The notes beneath the pieces were generated by a model. That model had not been told where the DNA came from and did no database searches. It saw nothing but the letters and a program-made list of their open reading frames with translations. From a virus, in IMG/VR virus record IMGVR_UViG_3300050202_000021, positions 1-42,667 of that record: 42,667 nt of DNA. One strand, written 5' to 3'. A program made the position numbers and the translations under genes. Numbering within the stretch: the stretch's first letter is position 1; the number at the start of each line of letters is the position of its first letter. Of this stretch, positions 41,710 through 42,667 are shown piece after piece.

Positions 41710-41972
41710 AAATCTTCCGGGTTAAACGGAATTGCGTCGATCGCTCGGAGCGCTTGCCGCGCCCTTTGCGCGCCCTTCCCGGTGCCGGCGGCGCGAGCTT
41801 TCAAGTTTGCGTGGTTCAGCGCTTGGCGGGCTGGATCGGGCGTGCCCCGGTGGATAATCGCGCAGCTTGCGTGTTGAAGCCGCCACCCGGCACCAAACCG
41901 CTCAAAATGCCCTGCGCCGGTATCGACGGCGCAACCGCAACGGTAACATTTGCCGGGATATTGATTTCGCAT
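41706..41972 (-). CDS. Small zinc-ribbon-like protein
   Basis: 88 aa. GKCYRCGCAV...HASC. Ends NPEDF. Confidence 0.55.
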   Translation of the reverse strand: MRNQYPGKCYRCGCAVDTGAGHFERFGAGWRLQHASCAIIHRGTPDPARQALNHANLKARAAGTGKGAQRARQALRAIDAIPFNPEDF

Positions 41973-42331
41973 TACACGAGCACCGTAACTTGTCGAACAA
42001 TTCCAAAGCGGACAGTGCCGCCGGCATAATACAATACGTCATAGGCATGATTGGGGATCGTGCGGCGCACTACCGTCTCCCAATCATGCGGCAAAGCTAG
42101 AACAGGTTTCGGTAGCGAATATTTCAGAGATACATTGTTCAGCGCCAGACAAGCGGCAGTAAAATCCCGCTGAAACGCTTCCGCAAATTCCTTACTCTGC
42201 AAAAAGCCGATGCTGCCGTTGGCCTCACCTCGAAGGTTTACGCCCTGCGACGCCTCATTGCATTGATCAGCGAATTCACGGCGAAGCCGCGCAGCACGCT
42301 CCACGGCGTAACGGTGCTGTTCCCAAGACAT
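41972..42331 (-). CDS. Hypothetical protein (119 aa)
   Basis: ATG at 42331 with GGGAGGGG upstream (MSWEQHRYAVERAARL...). Confidence 0.55.
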   Translation of the reverse strand: MSWEQHRYAVERAARLRREFADQCNEASQGVNLRGEANGSIGFLQSKEFAEAFQRDFTAACLALNNVSLKYSLPKPVLALPHDWETVVRRTIPNHAYDVLYYAGGTVRFGIVRQVTVLV

Positions 42332-42346
42332 TATGATTCCCCTCCC

Positions 42347-42383
42347 AAAAGAAAAAATAGGGGCGGACACGAAAGCCCGCCCC
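42347..42383 (-). terminator. Rho-independent terminator downstream of the SSB gene
   Basis: Minus strand: GGGGCGGGC tttcgt GTCCGCCCC (9-bp stem including one G-U pair) followed by TATTTTTTCTTTT. Confidence 0.75.
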
Positions 42384-42394
42384 AAGATAATCAA

Positions 42395-42667
42395 TCAGAA
42401 CGGAATATCTGCGTCCAGCGCGTTGCTCGACGGCGCGTTGGCGAGAGGGTCGATATCGGAATATCCGGCATAGCTACCGAACACCTCGTTATTGTTCGGC
42501 CCGCCGCCGCCAGCAAGGCGCTCGCCCTTGCGCACGAACAGACAGTTTTGCAGGTAGGCGGTGCAGCCATCCTTGGCATCGAGCGTCTTGCGCCGGAAGC
42601 CCTTGAAGGCCACCGCAGGCACGACGTAAGCGCCAGGATAGAAATAATCCTTGCCCGCCTGCGCACG
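42395..42667 (-). CDS. ssDNA-binding protein, C-terminal part (same gene as 1..537)
   Basis: Continuation ...AKDGCTAYLQNCLFVRKGERLAGGGG...SNALDADIPF. The acidic tip ending in Phe is typical of SSB tails. The combined product is 239 aa. Confidence 0.8.
   Translation of the reverse strand, partial: RAQAGKDYFYPGAYVVPAVAFKGFRRKTLDAKDGCTAYLQNCLFVRKGERLAGGGGPNNNEVFGSYAGYSDIDPLANAPSSNALDADIPF
42578..42667. repeat. Terminal direct repeat, copy 2 (circular assembly overlap)
   Basis: Identical to nt 1..90. The unique genome length is therefore 42577 bp. Confidence 0.9.

Noticed and set aside
1-42667. tRNA genes, integrase/attP, toxin-antitoxin or known defence-system genes
   Set aside because: I found no T-loop or cloverleaf-like sequences in the intergenic gaps. 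I saw no tyrosine or serine recombinase motifs in any ORF, and no recognisable defence-system domains. Divergent members could be missed without HMM searches.

Overview
The window is a complete, circularly closed dsDNA phage genome of about 42.58 kb. The first 90 nt are identical to the last 90 nt, and the overlap lies inside a gene, so it is an assembly or circular-permutation overlap rather than a physical end.

Two divergent gene blocks leave a control region of about 1.1 kb at 12.3-13.4 kb and meet again at 38.7 kb.

- Leftward block (minus strand, 12.3 kb down to 1, wrapping to 42.6-38.7 kb): small early genes, a hexapeptide-repeat protein built from 18-bp tandem repeats, a PrimPol-helicase, a GNAT/Mom-like protein, a MerR-like regulator, an SNF2 helicase interrupted by an intein, a Cas4-like exonuclease, a gp2.5/DUF2815-like SSB, a family-A DNA polymerase, an HNH endonuclease and a RuvC-like resolvase.
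- Rightward block (plus strand, 13.0-38.7 kb): small early genes (KTSC protein, Acb2/Tad1-hairpin-like protein), a MarR-like regulator, a GP88-like gene, an HNH homing endonuclease, the terminase, a P22-like portal/scaffold/coat/gp4/gp10 module, a tail fibre, ejection proteins and a holin-muramidase-spanin cassette.

I saw no integrase, tRNA, rRNA or CRISPR array.

Most notable observations:
1. An HNH homing-endonuclease ORF sits inside the helicase intein but in a different reading frame, while the helicase frame stays open.
2. A C-terminal E-[F/Y]-D-L motif recurs on many unrelated proteins at GTGA start/stop overlaps.
3. A near-perfect 14-unit hexapeptide repeat gene.
4. A 38-aa module is shared by a replication-block protein and a structural-block protein.
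5. The GP88-like and terminase genes change frame at short nucleotide runs.
6. The control region is densely palindromic.

All family names come from motif recognition by eye. No database search was possible.
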